A DNA stretch of 64,000 nucleotides. Source: an uncultured Actinomycetes bacterium. Lineage in GTDB: Bacteria; Actinomycetota; Thermoleophilia; RBG-16-64-13. Below are positions 60,364 through 64,000 of this stretch, piece by piece. A model generated the notes under the pieces. The model worked only from the letters and a program-made list of their open reading frames with translations, searched no databases and was not told where the DNA came from. Position numbers and translations under genes: made by a program. Numbering within the stretch: position 1 is the stretch's first letter; every line of letters starts with the position of its first letter. The stretch spans positions 160,001 to 224,000 of the forward strand of contig CAWJDT010000004.1 of assembly GCA_963841735.1 (NCBI GenBank). Reading direction: 5' to 3'.

Positions 60364-61017
60364 TCACTGCTCTTCCGCTTCCGCCGGTGACTGAGGCACA
60401 CAGCGTTTCTTGTTCCAAGGAAACGTGAAGCGGTGCTCTTCCCCCCGCGCCAGTCTCTTGAAGTTGGCTCGATGCGCCCAGAGGACCACTACCGCCATCA
60501 GACAACAGGCGATCACGTACTCAAGCGGCTGGTGCAGAACGGCGGCCATGATCGGCAGCGCGATGGTGCAGGTGATGGAGGCTATTGAGACGATGCGTGT
60601 GCCAAAGACCAGCAACGCGAACAACCCGAGCAGAAAGGCCATGGGAATAGGCATCATGCCTATGGCGGCTCCGGCCCCTGTGGCCACGCCCTTGCCCCCA
60701 CGTCCGCGCAGGAACAGTGAGTAGTTGTGGCCCATCACGCATGCAAAAGCTACGAATACCGTCACCAAAGGCGTACTCAAGTAGCGCGCCAACAGCACGG
60801 GCCCCACCCCTTTCAGGATGTCCAGGATGAACACCGTGACCCCTAGGCGCTTGCCGAGAACCCGGAATGCGTTAGTAGTGCCCGCATTGCCGCTACCGTG
60901 CTTCCGTACATCCAGACCCTTGAAAGCCCTACCCAAGAAGACGCTGGGCGACAAAGAGCCCACCAGGTAACCCAACACTACAAGACCGAAGCCTATCAAC
61001 ACCTCACGGACGGTCAA
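60364..61017 (-). CDS. plsY: glycerol-3-phosphate acyltransferase
   Basis: GYLVGS, GSGNAGTTN..R..G, D.LKG, GGKGVAT and HRAN.KRL..GEE. Confidence 0.95.
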   Translation of the reverse strand: MTVREVLIGFGLVVLGYLVGSLSPSVFLGRAFKGLDVRKHGSGNAGTTNAFRVLGKRLGVTVFILDILKGVGPVLLARYLSTPLVTVFVAFACVMGHNYSLFLRGRGGKGVATGAGAAIGMMPIPMAFLLGLFALLVFGTRIVSIASITCTIALPIMAAVLHQPLEYVIACCLMAVVVLWAHRANFKRLARGEEHRFTFPWNKKRCVPQSPAEAEEQ

Positions 61018-62333
61018 GAATACCTCTCTTCCTTGCCCTCGAAATCGATGATGATCGGCACGCCCGACAATGAGAAGTCCTCACGGAGGCGATTCTCCAG
61101 ATAGTAGGCAAATGATTTGTTCACCAAAGCCCGAGAGTTGACCATCACCTTGAAGCGCGGTGGGCTGACTTCGTATTGCACCATGTAAAAGGCCTTGATG
61201 GACTTGCTTCCTCTTCCCGTAGGCGGGCGGCGTACGTGCACTTCCCCCAGCCAGCGGTTGAGTTCGGCCGTAGCTATGCGCCCGCTGTAGCCGTGATAGA
61301 GATCTCGGGCCAGGGGAAGAATACGATCCACGCCCCGACCGCTCACAGCCGAGACCGTGAGCCAAGGGGGCTTCATTTGGACCTTCGCTTGGATCCGCTC
61401 AGTGGCCTTATCAAGCTCGAGAGTGCTGATATCCCATTTGTTGAACAGCATGGCTGTGGCGCATTTGGCGCGCTGCGCCTCATAGGCTATCTGCAGGTCC
61501 AGATCGACCAGGCCTTCCGAAGCGTCGACCACGACCAACGCTACGTCGCACTGCTCCAGGGCGTGCAACGCCCGCAAAGAGCTGTAGTACTCGACGTCCG
61601 TTGTGGTGCGCTTGCGTGGCCGGCGAAGACCGGCGGTATCCACCAACGTCACCGGCAGCCCTTCGAAGAGGAGGTCGGTGTCGATCGCGTCTCGGGTGGT
61701 GCCGGGGATTGGCGACACGATTGTGCGCTTGTCCCCCAGCAGAACGTTGAGCAGTGAACTCTTGCCCACATTGGGTCTCCCGACGATGGCCACCCGCATG
61801 GAAACAACTTGCTCCTCCATGTCTTGTGCAGCGGGGAGGTGGTCGACCACGGCATCAAGCAGATCCCCCACCCCCAGACCATGCTCGGCTGAGATAGGCA
61901 CGGGCTCCCCGAGACCTAGCCCCCAGAAGTCGTGCAGGTTGGCCTGCGCCACCTTGACGTCTTGCTTGTTCACGGCGAGGATCACAGGGAGACCGCTCCG
62001 TCTGAGGATCTGGGCGATCTCGTGATCCTGAGGAGCCAGGCCCGCGCGTCCATCAACTAGGAACACAGCGACCGCCGCCTGCTCCACCGCCAGCTCCGCC
62101 TGCCGTCTGACATCGTCGATCAGCGGCTCGTCGGCCTGGATGTCGATTCCCCCCGTGTCGATAACCACGAAGTCGCGACCCCTCCACTCAGCCACGCCCT
62201 CCTTGCGGTCGCGGGTCACGCCGGCTTCGGGGGCCACCACCGCGTCACGCGTGCCTGTGAGACGGTTGTAGAGGGTCGACTTGCCCACGTTGGGGTAGCC
62301 AATGATAGCGACGCGAGGCAATGCGGTGCTCAC
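61014..62333 (-). CDS. der: ribosome biogenesis GTPase Der
   Basis: Two G domains (GYPNVGKST; GRPNVGKSSL, GTTRD, DTAG, NKWD) and a C-terminal KH-like domain. Confidence 0.96.
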   Translation of the reverse strand: MSTALPRVAIIGYPNVGKSTLYNRLTGTRDAVVAPEAGVTRDRKEGVAEWRGRDFVVIDTGGIDIQADEPLIDDVRRQAELAVEQAAVAVFLVDGRAGLAPQDHEIAQILRRSGLPVILAVNKQDVKVAQANLHDFWGLGLGEPVPISAEHGLGVGDLLDAVVDHLPAAQDMEEQVVSMRVAIVGRPNVGKSSLLNVLLGDKRTIVSPIPGTTRDAIDTDLLFEGLPVTLVDTAGLRRPRKRTTTDVEYYSSLRALHALEQCDVALVVVDASEGLVDLDLQIAYEAQRAKCATAMLFNKWDISTLELDKATERIQAKVQMKPPWLTVSAVSGRGVDRILPLARDLYHGYSGRIATAELNRWLGEVHVRRPPTGRGSKSIKAFYMVQYEVSPPRFKVMVNSRALVNKSFAYYLENRLREDFSLSGVPIIIDFEGKEERYS

Positions 62334-63178
62334 GGCTCGATCTCCCTTAGTCTTGCTAGTACCGCCTCGATCTGATGCTGGGGCGTCGATGCCCCAGCAG
62401 TGACTCCGACCACCCGGACACCCTCGAACCAGGAGGGGTCGAGCTCAGCCGCCGACTCCACGTGATGGGTATTAGGTTGCCCAGCGGAGCAAAGCTCGGC
62501 TAGACGTAGCGTGTTGCCGGAGTCCTTGCCCCCCACCACCACCACTGCGTCGGCCTCCGCAGCCATGTTGCCGGCAGCGGCTTGCCTCTGTTCGGTGGCA
62601 TTGCAGATAGTGTTATGCACCAGCAGTTCCTTCACTTTTGGGGCGAGATGACCAACAAGCTCCGACAGCCGTTCGGGCGATTGCGTGGTCTGGACCACGA
62701 TCCCGACTCGGCGACTCGGGAGTTTCGCCGGGAGATCGGCCGGGGATTGCACCACCAGCGAATCGTCTCCCGCATAGGACCGTAGCGCAGCGACTTCGGG
62801 GTGATCCTTGTCACCCAAGATTATAACGAGGTAGCCATCGCGATTGAGGCCCGCTGCCTTCTCCTGGGCGGATGTGACAAAGGGGCACGTGGCATCTACC
62901 ACCGTGAGGTGGGAGGCGATCAGCCTCTCCTTGACGTCTCGCGGAACCCCGTGCGACCGCAGGATCACGGTGCCCTCCTCCGCCTGGTCCAGGTCGGTCA
63001 GTACGCCGACCCCCTTCTCTTTGAGTTCCGCTATGACCCCGGGGTTGTGTATCAACGGACCCAACGTATGTACGGGTTGCGGTGCATCCTCTGCCGCTTC
63101 CAGAGTAAGCTGCAGCGCTCTCTCCACTCCCCAGCAGAAGCCCGCGCTCTCCGAGACACGAATAGCCAGCGGGCTCAT
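62330..63178 (-). CDS. ispH: 4-hydroxy-3-methylbut-2-enyl diphosphate reductase
   Basis: GFCWGVERA, LIHN, SHG, DATCPFV, HPEV, TICNAT..RQ and TAGASTP. Confidence 0.96.
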   Translation of the reverse strand: MSPLAIRVSESAGFCWGVERALQLTLEAAEDAPQPVHTLGPLIHNPGVIAELKEKGVGVLTDLDQAEEGTVILRSHGVPRDVKERLIASHLTVVDATCPFVTSAQEKAAGLNRDGYLVIILGDKDHPEVAALRSYAGDDSLVVQSPADLPAKLPSRRVGIVVQTTQSPERLSELVGHLAPKVKELLVHNTICNATEQRQAAAGNMAAEADAVVVVGGKDSGNTLRLAELCSAGQPNTHHVESAAELDPSWFEGVRVVGVTAGASTPQHQIEAVLARLREIEP

Positions 63179-64000
63179 CCCTGCTCCGGCGGGGTGGTCA
63201 GCAAAGCATTTACGGCTTCCGTCACCCGTTCGCTGATGATCCTGCCTCGTTCCGAGCGAGAAAGTCGAGAGTCTGGGCGTTCTATGGGCGGACCGAACAC
63301 CAGCTCCACGCGGGGCAGCCGGGGAACGCCGTGCCTGAACGCCCGCTCGGTCCCACGAAGGGCAGCGGGCACGGTGACCACGTCCTCGCGCATCGAGAAG
63401 AGGCTGACGCCAGAACGGATGGGAGCCAAGTGTGACCCGGTTCTGACCCCTCCTTCTGGAAAGAGTCCCAATACGCCCCCCGCGGCCAGGATATCCACTC
63501 CCCGTTGCACAGCAGACCGGTCCGCTTCGCCCCGAACCACGGGGAACGTTCCGAAGCCTTCCATCGCCCATGCCAGTGGCTTGAACTTCCACAACTCATG
63601 CTTGGCCATGTAGTGGATCTGTCGGGGCACGTTGATGCCGAGAAAGAAAGGGTCGGTCATGGCGCGGTGGTTGCACACCACTAGTACGGGGCCGGTCAGG
63701 GGGAAGTGCTCTGCTCCCCGCACTCTCATCCGATAGACGAACCTCCAAAAAGGCCCAAGAACAACATGGGTCATCCGGTAGAAGAGAGTGTCCATGGGGC
63801 CCCTGACCATACGCGATATCGGCCATCTCCTCAGCGGTCGCCCCGCGAGAGCAGCCTTGCGCTTGTCCTCGGCCAGTCCACAAACAGCCGCGATGACGTC
63901 GGAGACACTCAGGCCGGTGGTGTCGACCTCCACAGCGTCGTCCGCTTTGCGGAGGGGCGCTACCGCCCGGCCCGAATCAAGGGCGTCGCGGGTGGCAATT
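63175..64000 (-). CDS. cytidylate kinase C-terminus fused in frame to 1-acyl-G3P acyltransferase (5' truncated by window)
   Basis: RDALDSGRAVAPLRKADDAVEVDTT (Cmk) runs without a stop into NHRAMTD, MAK.EL, V.RG and FPEG (PlsC). Confidence 0.85.
   Translation of the reverse strand, partial: IATRDALDSGRAVAPLRKADDAVEVDTTGLSVSDVIAAVCGLAEDKRKAALAGRPLRRWPISRMVRGPMDTLFYRMTHVVLGPFWRFVYRMRVRGAEHFPLTGPVLVVCNHRAMTDPFFLGINVPRQIHYMAKHELWKFKPLAWAMEGFGTFPVVRGEADRSAVQRGVDILAAGGVLGLFPEGGVRTGSHLAPIRSGVSLFSMREDVVTVPAALRGTERAFRHGVPRLPRVELVFGPPIERPDSRLSRSERGRIISERVTEAVNALLTTPPEQG

Overview
GC-rich chromosomal segment from what looks like a deep-branching Actinomycetota (Thermoleophilia-like) bacterium. The taxonomy is inferred from an actinobacterial-type dif site, the gcvH-FHA-MerR cluster, a single-motif RsiG, plsY, fakAB and a canonical 6S RNA. 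Positions 1-45.5 kb are housekeeping genes almost all on + (rib, fakAB, recG, EF-G2, ruvCAB, queH-queA-tgt, yajC-secDF, recJ, rel, hisS, aspS, 6S RNA, mnmA, sigB module, alaS, mltG, aroE, pilBTC). The first ~18 kb has many frameshifts in essential genes, most likely sequencing indels. A 28-bp dif site at 45585-45612 coincides with the switch to - strand genes, so the window likely spans the replication terminus. A c-di-GMP/type IV pilus regulatory neighbourhood surrounds it (MshEN-PilB, sigma28/WhiG-like promoter, RsiG, MglBA). A ~7.8-kb phage-satellite-like element (52430-60243) is integrated in tRNA-Pro(GGG) with 48-bp att repeats. It encodes an integrase, repressor, Xis, a helicase-type Rep with iterons, a Zn-ribbon protein, a phiRv-like HK97 capsid protein and a small terminase, but no portal, large terminase, protease or tail. 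The most striking unexplained signal is a ~340-nt structured leader in front of the capsid gene: seven hairpins with different stems and the same C(GNAGA)G pentaloop, plus a hairpin downstream of the capsid gene whose loop (UCUGC) is complementary. All assignments are by eye from motifs; no searches were run.
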